From Candidatus Woesearchaeota archaeon (GTDB lineage Archaea > Nanobdellota > Nanobdellia > Pacearchaeales > GW2011-AR1), in assembly GCA_964354195.1 (NCBI GenBank), contig CAYGYN010000044.1, positions 10,655 through 34,654 on the forward strand: a stretch of DNA of 24,000 nt, read 5' to 3'. The notes under the pieces are model-generated. The model did no database searches and was not told where the DNA came from. It was given only the letters and a program-made list of their open reading frames with translations. The translations under genes were made by a program, and so were the position numbers. Each line of letters begins with the position of its first letter. Within the stretch, counting starts at the first letter, position 1. Below, piece by piece: positions 13,680-21,242 of the stretch.

Positions 13680-13687
13680 ATTTAAAT
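13680..13687 (-). promoter_or_regulatory. TATA-like box (ATTTAAAT) for the 13656 CDS, possibly an internal promoter
   Basis: Lies 30 nt upstream of the ATG at 13656, in the 44-nt gap after the upstream gene. Confidence 0.4.
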
Positions 13688-13700
13688 CTATATTCGAGAG

Positions 13701-14258
13701 TTAATTTTGTTCCTGCTTCTTTCTCTTGTTCAATGCCACAACGATTATTGCCATGACAAGAATTGCAGCTCCGACAACAAGATATAATGTCCAGTTTGTC
13801 TTTTCAACAGGAATCACTGACTCTTCTTCATTGACCACAAAAACAGGCAGTCTTGTCGAGATGCTGCTGCCTATTCCTACAGCACCGCCAGTCAATCCGC
13901 TCTGCACTGTCTTGAAAGTAAACTCAACAGGATAATTTCCACCTATCTTGCTATCGCTCGGCACGCTGATTCTCACATTCATTGCAGCTTCTCCGCCCGC
14001 AGGCACATTATAAGCCTTGTTTTCATCAGTTATCGTCGTAACATCCGAGCCCTGAGAGACTTCAGCATCCAAAACAACAGGATCCACTCCCGCATTGTTC
14101 TTCAGCACAATCTGCAAATCAACTGTTTGTCCAGGTGCAATCCTCAATGGATTCTCAGACCAATAAGGCGTTGAGACTGCAAATGCATAAACTCCATTTA
14201 TCATTAAGATAGTCACAACTAACAATATTCCCGCTGCGATATAGTTTTTAGTTTTCAT
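13701..14258 (-). CDS. Small type-I surface protein: signal peptide, single Ig-like (CARDB/DUF11-like) domain, C-terminal TM anchor
   Basis: Signal peptide YIAAGILLVVTILMINGVYAFA. Beta-rich domain (PGQTVDLQIVLKNNAG...YNVPAGGEAAMNVRISVPSDSKIGGNYPVEFTF). Anchor WTLYLVVGAAILVMAIIVVAL followed by NKRKKQEQN. The ATG lies 1 nt after the upstream stop, indicating an operon. Confidence 0.8.
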   Translation of the reverse strand: MKTKNYIAAGILLVVTILMINGVYAFAVSTPYWSENPLRIAPGQTVDLQIVLKNNAGVDPVVLDAEVSQGSDVTTITDENKAYNVPAGGEAAMNVRISVPSDSKIGGNYPVEFTFKTVQSGLTGGAVGIGSSISTRLPVFVVNEEESVIPVEKTNWTLYLVVGAAILVMAIIVVALNKRKKQEQN

Positions 14259-14259
14259 T

Positions 14260-15195
14260 TTATGATATCTTCAACGTCCATGCTCTAGAGGCTGAGTCTG
14301 ATGAATATGCCTGTGCTGTAAGTTCAGAACCAACTTTCTTTATGCAGAAGTATACTTGCTCCTGCCCCGTTGAGCCGTCATTGACTGTGAAATTCCCTCT
14401 TGGTAAAGTCGCGCTGCCTATCGCAGTGTATACTGAAGGAGCCATGGTTGTTGCTCCGCATTCAACAGGAGGAGAACCCCCAGTAGTTACGCCAACACTG
14501 AAGTTATTGGAATAGATTTTTCTATTGGCATCTAACTCTCCAAGAAGGTCAGTGGTATTCAACTGAACATTTCCTGCTGTAATATTCTGGTTTCCAGTGT
14601 TGTTTAATACAATTGGATCATTTGTAGAAGTCTGATTCACGCTTCCAGGAGTTAACGATGCCCATGTCAGAGAAGCCGGCGAAGATACAAATCCAGTAAG
14701 CGCATTAATTGTGAATGTAGTAGAAACATTTGAAGCAGCAGAATTGCTTAAGTCCTTCACAAATACAGTCACATTCCAGGTTCCTGAGCCATCAAACCAG
14801 TACATAGGCACGCTGCAAGTGTAATTAACTGTAGTCGCAGTACTGCCCGCATTGGTGCATGAAACAGCCCTTACAACTTCTCCAGCCCTTGTAAAGTTAA
14901 CCATCGCAGAACTATCATTCAAATTCCCTGCCCCGTCAGCATCACTTGCCACGAAGCTCATAACTACTGTAGTGCTTGTAGGCCCTTCATTCAAATTCAC
15001 CGCGCTTATAGCAGAAACAGAAGCAATTGTTGGAGCAGTGTTTGATATTGTGACATTAACATTTACGCTTTGCTGTGTTACTTTCCCAGTTATCTTTCCA
15101 AACCAGTCAAACATCCCGGCAGACGCAAATGACGAGACTAATAATACAGAAGCTAGAACCACAACAAAAACAAGCGTTCCTCTTTTCGCATTCAT
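14260..15195 (-). CDS. Secreted two-domain protein, paralog of the giant protein's membrane-proximal module (no anchor)
   Basis: Signal peptide MNAKRGTLVFVVVLASVLLVSSFASAG. Residues 54-311 align with giant-protein residues 2013-2264. The protein ends (WTLKIS*) exactly where the giant protein enters its TM helix. TTTATAAA lies 29 nt upstream of the ATG. Confidence 0.85.
   Translation of the reverse strand: MNAKRGTLVFVVVLASVLLVSSFASAGMFDWFGKITGKVTQQSVNVNVTISNTAPTIASVSAISAVNLNEGPTSTTVVMSFVASDADGAGNLNDSSAMVNFTRAGEVVRAVSCTNAGSTATTVNYTCSVPMYWFDGSGTWNVTVFVKDLSNSAASNVSTTFTINALTGFVSSPASLTWASLTPGSVNQTSTNDPIVLNNTGNQNITAGNVQLNTTDLLGELDANRKIYSNNFSVGVTTGGSPPVECGATTMAPSVYTAIGSATLPRGNFTVNDGSTGQEQVYFCIKKVGSELTAQAYSSDSASRAWTLKIS
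14263..15036 (-). repeat. Paralogous copy of the 5139-5894 module
   Basis: See 5139-5894. Same orientation, ~9.1 kb away, with nucleotide similarity clearly visible by eye. Confidence 0.85.
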
Positions 15196-15216
15196 CAGAT
15201 AGTAAGCTGTAATTCA

Positions 15217-15224
15217 TTTATAAA
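15217..15224 (-). promoter_or_regulatory. TATA box (TTTATAAA) for the 15195 operon
   Basis: 29 nt upstream of the ATG at 15195. Confidence 0.5.
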
Positions 15225-15467
15225 CATTTCTCTGATACTATATAGGTTTTGATTTGCTCTCTTTTATTTGCTCTTTACTATTAATTCTGACTCGCTCTTG
15301 TCTTGAAGCTTCTCATCTGCGTTAAATACTATTAATTCGGATTCACCTTCACTGCGGGCTCCATTTAAAGGAAGATGACGTGTCAAGAAACCTTGGTTTT
15401 GAACCATCAGCAGATGCAATAGAAGGAGGGGTGACATATCAGGGGAACTATGAGTTCCCTTATATAA

Positions 15468-15539
15468 TGGCTCTACGAGGAATTGAACCTCGATTATCCG
15501 GTCCGAAGCCGAAGGGTCTATCCATTAACCTATAGAGCC
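15468..15539 (-). tRNA. tRNA-Arg (anticodon TCG)
   Basis: The reverse complement folds as a 72-nt cloverleaf. Acceptor GGCTCTA/TAGAGCC plus discriminator A. D stem GGTT/GACC. Anticodon stem TTCGG/CCGGA with loop CT-TCG-GA. T arm CGAGG-TTCAATT-CCTCG. No encoded CCA and no intron. Confidence 0.9.
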
Positions 15540-15582
15540 AAAACTATTAAATAACTGGCTTTTTTAATACTATTTATAAGAG

Positions 15583-16701
15583 ATGAGCAAGACATTCACA
15601 GCTTTGATGGTTTTGATGGGCACAATCATAGGCGCAGGCATCCTCGGCATTCCTTATGTTGTCTCCCAGTCGGGATTTCCAATAGGTATCATGCATATTG
15701 TTTTCCTTGGGGCGTTAATGGCACTAATAATGCTCTATCTCGGAGAAGTAATTTTAAGAACGAAAGGCAATCACCAGCTCTCAGGATATGCTGAAAAATA
15801 TCTTGGGAAACGCGGTAAGTTGTTGATGTTTATTGCTTTCGCAGCAGGAATTTATTCTGCAATATTGGCATACCTGATTGCAGAAGGCAAATCCCTGAGT
15901 TACCTGATATTCAATTCCCCAGTCCATCAATTCGAGCTTGGAATAATATTCTGGATTTTTCTCTCTGCAATAACCTATTTTGGCATAAAAGCTCTTGAGG
16001 AAGGCGACACAGTTGGAGTAATTGTTGTTTTCATAATGATAATCTCAATCTCAGTCTATTTCTCGAGCAAAATAAACATAACAAATCTGACATCTATTTT
16101 CTCAAGCAATCTATTTGTTCCGTTCGGAGTTGTTCTTTTTGCATTCCTCGGTTTCTCTGCAATTCCTGAGATTAAGCGCATTCTCAACAAAGAGCAAAAA
16201 CCCTTGCGAGGAATAATAATAACAGCTTATCTGCTGACAGCATTGATTTATCTAATCTTTGCCGCAGTTGTTCTCGGTTTCATGGGCAATAAGACTCCAG
16301 AAGTTGCAACTATTGCTCTTGGAAAACCTTTCATAGTGCTTGGGATGATAACAATGTTCACAGCTTATCTCTCTCTTTCCGTTGCAATGATAGACAGCTA
16401 TCGTTTTGACTTCAAGAAATCAAAGCGCATTTCATGGTTCTTGACAATAATAATCCCGCTGATTCTATTTATTATTCTAACATTAACAAACAACGCAACC
16501 TTCACTCAAGTCCTGAGCATTGGCGGAATAGTTTCAGGAGGCTTGACAGCAGTCATTATCTTGTTCATGGCAGAAAAGGCAAAGAGAGTTGGGAGAATCA
16601 AGCCTTATTATTCAATTCCCTATTCCCAAGTGTTGAAATGGTTTATCATTGCAATCTTTGTTCTTGCAGCAATACTCGAAATCAAGAATATTATTCTCTA
16701 A
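15583..16701 (+). CDS. Amino-acid permease (APC superfamily, Trp/Tyr-permease / AAAP-like)
   Basis: 372 aa with ~11 hydrophobic helices. The N-terminal signature FTALMVLMGTIIGAGILGIPYVVSQSGF is typical of this transporter family. Confidence 0.8.
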   Translation: MSKTFTALMVLMGTIIGAGILGIPYVVSQSGFPIGIMHIVFLGALMALIMLYLGEVILRTKGNHQLSGYAEKYLGKRGKLLMFIAFAAGIYSAILAYLIAEGKSLSYLIFNSPVHQFELGIIFWIFLSAITYFGIKALEEGDTVGVIVVFIMIISISVYFSSKINITNLTSIFSSNLFVPFGVVLFAFLGFSAIPEIKRILNKEQKPLRGIIITAYLLTALIYLIFAAVVLGFMGNKTPEVATIALGKPFIVLGMITMFTAYLSLSVAMIDSYRFDFKKSKRISWFLTIIIPLILFIILTLTNNATFTQVLSIGGIVSGGLTAVIILFMAEKAKRVGRIKPYYSIPYSQVLKWFIIAIFVLAAILEIKNIIL

Positions 16702-16913
16702 CCTCTCTCAAAAGGCTTTCTCTCAACAGTAAATTGTTTCAATGTCAGATAACAGGTTTCATAGTTCCTGCATTTCTCGCAAAAATCCGTATTAATTCTG
16801 TTCTGCCCATAAAAGCACGATAAAATCATCCCAGGCTCCATGCCTTTCTCAGTTTCAGCTCTCTGCACCTGCTCCTCCAAAGCAGCCTTAATCTTTTCCC
16901 TGTCTATTTCCAT
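16698..16913 (-). CDS. Small hypothetical Cys-containing protein (71 aa)
   Basis: ATATAAG box 29 nt upstream of the ATG at 16913. Cys pattern CFYG...CEKCRNYETC. Lies 60 nt downstream of gatB. Its 3' end overlaps the convergent permease stop by 4 nt. Confidence 0.45.
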   Translation of the reverse strand: MEIDREKIKAALEEQVQRAETEKGMEPGMILSCFYGQNRINTDFCEKCRNYETCYLTLKQFTVERKPFERG

Positions 16914-16973
16914 CCAAATTATGAGAAATTGCCTCTTATATCAATTATCAAGATGCAATATAACTAATAAAAA

Positions 16974-18353
16974 TCACTTCTTAAGCAATTTTTCCAAAAC
17001 CTTGCGAGTTATTGCAAAATCAGCCCTTTTATTAGTTGCTTTCATTATCTCCCCAAGCAGGAAGTTAAGTGCATTCTTCTCTCCTTTCTTATAATCATCA
17101 GTGGCTTTTGGATTAGCATTGATAATTCTCTCAGCAACATTTCCAAGTTGCTTCTCGTCAGTTATTTTTCTTTCTTTCTCCTCAACCTGAAAGCTTTTAG
17201 GATAAAATTTCTTCAGAATCTCCTTGCCTTTCAGCTCTGTAATTTTTCCTTCCTTGACTAATTTCAACAATCCGGCAAAATGCTCAACTTCTATGTTCAC
17301 ATCGCCCATTTTTGTCTTATTATCATTCAATAGTCTCAATAAAGGCCCTGTAATCCATGGGAGAGCAAATTTCTCGTCAATCTTCTCTGCAACTTGTTCA
17401 AAAAACTCAACAATGTCAATATTCTTTGTAAGAATTTCTGCATTTTCCTTGTCAATCTTGAATTTCTTCACAAGTTTCTTAAGTTTTTCTTCCGGACTTT
17501 CGGGAAGCTTCTCTTCAATTGAAGAAATAAACTTCTTGTCAAGAATTATCTCGGGCAAGTCAGGCTCAGAAATAAATCTGTAATCTTCAGCGCTTTCCTT
17601 TTCTCGCATTTTTATTGTCTTGCCTTTTGCTTCATCAAATCTTCTTGTTTCTTTCTTATTTCCACCTTCCTCGCTTTGTCTCTTAAGTTCATATTCAATT
17701 GCTTTTCCAATATTCTCAATAGAATTAATGTTCTTTATCTCCACACGTTCAGTTTTTCCAGGGAGATTCACATTCACATCAACTTTTATTCCTGCGTTTG
17801 AATCAATTGCCTTCAGATATTCCAAATTATGTATTAATTTCCCAAGCCATTCCATTACTTCTCCCGAACTTGAGAAATCAGGAGAGGTTATTATCTCAAC
17901 AAGAGGCAATCCCGAGCGATTATAGTCAACGCACCCTGTATCAGGAGTCCATGAAGCAGGGTCTTCCTCAAGATGCATGCTCCATATCTCAATTCCCCCA
18001 AACTTTCCTTTGACCCCTACAGAAGAGGCATATTTCCCGGAAATAGTATTTTGATAACCCTTTGGCAAATCCGGCCAGTCATAATGTTTTCTCTGCCAAT
18101 TTAATTTCTCATTTATCTTGCATCCAAGCATCAACCCTATTTGAACAGCTTTTCTGACAGCTTCTCCGTTAGGCAGCATCGGCTTCGCCCCAGGCTGCCC
18201 TGTGCATATCGGGCAGATATTAATATTTGGCTTAACCCCCTTTTCACGAGAGGCAACACACCTGCAGAAAAGCTTCTCCTTTGTAATGAGATAAGCATGG
18301 ATTTCTAAACCTATCTTTCCCCTAATCTCTTTTTCTTTCTTCTCTTTAGCCAT
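16974..18353 (-). CDS. gatB: Aspartyl/glutamyl-tRNA(Asn/Gln) amidotransferase subunit B (archaeal type)
   Basis: 459 aa. GLEIHAYL...LFCRC...NICPICTGQPGAKP...RKHYDWPDLPKGYQ...HLEEDP, with a C-terminal YqeY-like tail (ALNFLLGEIMKATNKRAD). It has GatB length and lacks the GatE insertion domain. Confidence 0.85.
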   Translation of the reverse strand: MAKEKKEKEIRGKIGLEIHAYLITKEKLFCRCVASREKGVKPNINICPICTGQPGAKPMLPNGEAVRKAVQIGLMLGCKINEKLNWQRKHYDWPDLPKGYQNTISGKYASSVGVKGKFGGIEIWSMHLEEDPASWTPDTGCVDYNRSGLPLVEIITSPDFSSSGEVMEWLGKLIHNLEYLKAIDSNAGIKVDVNVNLPGKTERVEIKNINSIENIGKAIEYELKRQSEEGGNKKETRRFDEAKGKTIKMREKESAEDYRFISEPDLPEIILDKKFISSIEEKLPESPEEKLKKLVKKFKIDKENAEILTKNIDIVEFFEQVAEKIDEKFALPWITGPLLRLLNDNKTKMGDVNIEVEHFAGLLKLVKEGKITELKGKEILKKFYPKSFQVEEKERKITDEKQLGNVAERIINANPKATDDYKKGEKNALNFLLGEIMKATNKRADFAITRKVLEKLLKK

Positions 18354-18397
18354 GAATTCCTAAAAACAGAGTGCTATAAAAAAGTTCCTAATTTAAA

Positions 18398-19249
18398 TCA
18401 CAAGAAATTTATGCAAGTCGCACTGCAGTTCATATACCCGCCGGTGTCTCCTCCGCCATTATAATAGGCATAAACTTTCCATGCACCACTATCTTGATAA
18501 ACTTTGCATTGCCAAATATCGTGCTTGCGGTCTGTGACATCATCATATAATTTAAAGGACTCTTGAGTTATTGCGCAGAAATCCCAATCTCCAGTGCAGT
18601 TAGTTATTGTTGCGCATCCTGAAGCGCAACCATTTGTGGCATTAGCCGAAAATGTTGCTCTAACCGGCGCTGTCCCTCCCCCTCCTCCAGATAATGCACA
18701 ACATTGCACAGCAGATATGTAAAATCCTCCGCAACCGTTTATAGAATATCTATATTTAACCCCAGTTACAACCTTTCCGCTCGGGCAGCTGCTCCATGTT
18801 AGGCTGCTTACTGCTGCATCGCATCCATTGACAGCAACTTCTTGGCAATCAGAAGTAGTTATTGGCCCGCCAGTTCCATCAGCAGGCCACGCATTCCTGC
18901 AATCGCTGCCAATGCAGACTCCTGCTGCTTTCATGAAATTAGTTGTGCTCACATTTCCAATGTTATAATTAATATCGCTCCCACTCTGACTCCATAAACT
19001 TCCTCCGCCTCCAGGAGGCCATGCTGTCCTGCAATCCATTGTTCCTGAGTTGTTCATGCAGAATCCCGCAGCAATAATATTGGTAGGCACTCTGACGCTC
19101 CAGTTCATCTCATCAACCGAATGCCCAAACACAGCAGGATTTGCAGGAACAGAATTATAAGCATAAACCCCCACAAATCCAATCAGAAATAATCCGATTA
19201 TCAATAAAGAAATAAAGTACTTCCTCTCCAAATTAACCTCTATTTTCAC
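18398..19249 (-). CDS. Signal-anchored Cys-rich secreted protein, MKIEVNL-leader family member P1 (GTG start)
   Basis: The leader (V)KIEVNLERKYFISLLIIGLFLIGFVGVYAYNSVPANPAVFGHSVDEMNWS is homologous to P2 and P3. Two C-x(3-8)-C-R-x-AWP motifs, Gly4-5 linkers and 17 Cys. An extra C-terminal Cys-rich domain follows AVQCCAL. Confidence 0.8.
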   Translation of the reverse strand: MKIEVNLERKYFISLLIIGLFLIGFVGVYAYNSVPANPAVFGHSVDEMNWSVRVPTNIIAAGFCMNNSGTMDCRTAWPPGGGGSLWSQSGSDINYNIGNVSTTNFMKAAGVCIGSDCRNAWPADGTGGPITTSDCQEVAVNGCDAAVSSLTWSSCPSGKVVTGVKYRYSINGCGGFYISAVQCCALSGGGGGTAPVRATFSANATNGCASGCATITNCTGDWDFCAITQESFKLYDDVTDRKHDIWQCKVYQDSGAWKVYAYYNGGGDTGGYMNCSATCINFL

Positions 19250-19298
19250 AGAATATCAAAGTATAAATTGTTTTTAATAGTTTTCCCTAATTGATGTC

Positions 19299-20048
19299 TT
19301 AGCTTATAACAATCTTGCAGCAATATCCCCATGCATGCATATAGGAGCCGTCACTCAATCTTCTTGCTCTTACATAATTAGGAGTTACTTCATATTCTGT
19401 ATTTTCCCTTTCATTGTTTGACTTCAGGAAATGGAAGCCTGCAACAGTCTTGCCAATTGCAGAGCAATTTGCAAGTGACCATTGGGGAAGAGGCTTATTC
19501 CCGCCGTCAACCCATGTGCAATTCTGATAAGATAATGTTCCGCCGTTCAGAGAAGGCCAGCTTGTTTGGCAGTTTCCTGAAAGGCAAATTTGTGACGAGT
19601 TTACTGTGCCTGATGTTGCAACAAGGCTTTCTGCTTTAATCCCTCCAGAAACAACAAGTTTTGTGTCAGGGCTTGAAGTGCCAATTCCGATGTTTCCCGT
19701 TGAGCCATTAATCACAATTCTCTCAACATGCGCGACCTCATCCCCGATAATCAAATTACCATTATTATTTGCATAGAAAGAAAACTTCTTGCCGGTGTTT
19801 TCGACAAAAATTCCTGCAAATCCTGTCCCATTTATATGCAATTTTGCCCCAGGAACACGAGTGCCTATTCCCTCGCTCCCGTTTACCAAGATATTTGAAT
19901 TAACAGACTGTCCCCAATCCACTTCATTAGGTGAGTGCCCATAAACCTCTGGGCTGTAAGCATAAACTCCTACAAAACCAACAATAACTAATCCAATTAG
20001 AATGCTAAAAACCAAAAACTTCTTATTCAACTTTACCTCTATTTTCAT
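19299..20048 (-). CDS. Signal-anchored tail-fibre-like repeat protein, MKIEVNL-leader family member P2
   Basis: MKIEVKLNKKFLVFSILIGLVIVGFVGVYAYSPEVYGHSPNEVDW. GIGT repeats (GIGTRVPGAKLHINGT, NIGIGTSSPDTKLVVSGG). ICLSGNCQTSWP motif. Ends GYCCKIVIS. An ATTTAAAT box 30 nt upstream overlaps the dys stop codon. Confidence 0.8.
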   Translation of the reverse strand: MKIEVKLNKKFLVFSILIGLVIVGFVGVYAYSPEVYGHSPNEVDWGQSVNSNILVNGSEGIGTRVPGAKLHINGTGFAGIFVENTGKKFSFYANNNGNLIIGDEVAHVERIVINGSTGNIGIGTSSPDTKLVVSGGIKAESLVATSGTVNSSQICLSGNCQTSWPSLNGGTLSYQNCTWVDGGNKPLPQWSLANCSAIGKTVAGFHFLKSNNERENTEYEVTPNYVRARRLSDGSYMHAWGYCCKIVIS

Positions 20049-20073
20049 GTAATTATGAAGATTTCAAGATTAT

Positions 20074-21120
20074 TTAAATATTGTTCTTAGCAAAAGTCTC
20101 AGCAACAAGCAAAGGAAAAATAATTGTTGCATCAGCAAAAACCTTAACATTATTCACTTCAGCCTTTAACTTGCCCCAAGATATTGCCTCTTCAGGCAAA
20201 GCTCCCGAGTCACTACCATCAAATTCCTGCGAGGTATTGATATATACCGCATAATCAGCCCCGTTCCTAAATATGTTTGCCTCAAGTATCGCATGCTTAA
20301 CCAATCCCGCGCCAAGCACAATAACTCCTGATTTTTCCAAATTAACTGTCTCGTCATTCAACCTCTTGCAATCCTCAGCAATATCAATCTTAAAATCAGG
20401 ATGCTTTGACTTGAAATAATAGATATTGCCTCCAATTGCCCCGTCAGTTATAGCAGGGCAATAAACAGGAATCTTGTTCTTCCATGCCCAATAATAAATG
20501 CTCTTTTCATTGTTTATTTTCTCGCCAAACTTCCAAATCAAGTCCGAGGGCGTGAAAACTTTGCCTATTTTTTTCTGCTCATCATAAAGCTCAAGCAAAA
20601 TAGGCTGTATAAACTCCTCAAGCTTGACGTACAAGTCATTTCCAACAAAAATATTACCAATCCTGTTTATTCCCTTATCATAAAGCTCAGCGCCCTTAGC
20701 ATTAAAACTTCCAAGAATAAAACCGGAAGAACCTGTCAGGTTCTTACGGGACAGCGGAACTTGTTCTGCTGTATCAGCCATGCATTTCATCAAATCCTCC
20801 TCAATTCCACCGGCTGTTGTGACAAGAACATGCACTTTCTTGTGCTTCGCAAGATATCTAATTATGTCCCTATTTCCCGAACTAACCATGTTTGAAGTGT
20901 ATCCAAGGAAAATCTTTGCCTTATTTTCAATCATCTTATTTACTATCTTAGCAGCCTGAGAAAAGTGAGATGCCTGGAATCCAACACTCGCAAAATTTTT
21001 AATAAGTTTCTCATAGTCAACACCGCGGTCAAAATCATAGCCCTCAATCTTGGTTCCCTCTAATTCCATGCTCTTCTTGAGCGAATACGCATCAATCAGC
21101 CGTTTATCGTCCTTTGCCAT
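20074..21120 (-). CDS. dys: Deoxyhypusine synthase
   Basis: 348 aa. FLGYTSNMVSSGNRDIIRYLAKHKKVHVLVTTAGGIEEDLMKC and a C-terminal ISWGK motif region typical of DHS (archaeal/eukaryotic aIF5A modification). Confidence 0.9.
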   Translation of the reverse strand: MAKDDKRLIDAYSLKKSMELEGTKIEGYDFDRGVDYEKLIKNFASVGFQASHFSQAAKIVNKMIENKAKIFLGYTSNMVSSGNRDIIRYLAKHKKVHVLVTTAGGIEEDLMKCMADTAEQVPLSRKNLTGSSGFILGSFNAKGAELYDKGINRIGNIFVGNDLYVKLEEFIQPILLELYDEQKKIGKVFTPSDLIWKFGEKINNEKSIYYWAWKNKIPVYCPAITDGAIGGNIYYFKSKHPDFKIDIAEDCKRLNDETVNLEKSGVIVLGAGLVKHAILEANIFRNGADYAVYINTSQEFDGSDSGALPEEAISWGKLKAEVNNVKVFADATIIFPLLVAETFAKNNI

Positions 21121-21242
21121 ATTAGATAGAATAAATAAAATTGCAAATATGTTTACAATTTAGGTATTGCAACACTCAAAAGCAATCTTTCAACTTGCAT
21201 GAAAAATAAAAAATCAATCCCTATATAAACCTTTTTCTTTGT

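Noticed and set aside
15196-15539. tRNA-Arg as an integration site (attL/attR) for the surface-protein cluster
   Set aside because: I found no integrase or recombinase gene. I also found no copy of the tRNA 3' segment in any other intergenic region by eye. It is kept only as a weak possibility inside the cluster finding.
16434-16823. 129-aa plus-strand ORF overlapping the permease 3' end
   Set aside because: It is an out-of-frame overlap with a well-supported 11-TM permease. It has no promoter and an implausible composition.
16974-18353. Whether this B/E-family amidotransferase is GatE, the partner of the gatD at 1500-2765
   Set aside because: At 459 aa it lacks the GatE-specific insertion domain. 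Its N-terminus (CPICTGQPGAKP, RKHYDWPDLPKGYQ, HLEEDP) matches archaeal GatB. Having both GatDE and GatCAB systems is normal in archaea, so this is not an anomaly.
19150-19249. MKIEVNL leader as a class III (type IV pilin/archaellin) signal peptide
   Set aside because: No (K/R)-(G/A) prepilin-peptidase cleavage motif precedes the hydrophobic stretch. A V-Y-A signal-peptidase-I-like site follows it instead, so an ordinary signal peptide or anchor is more likely.
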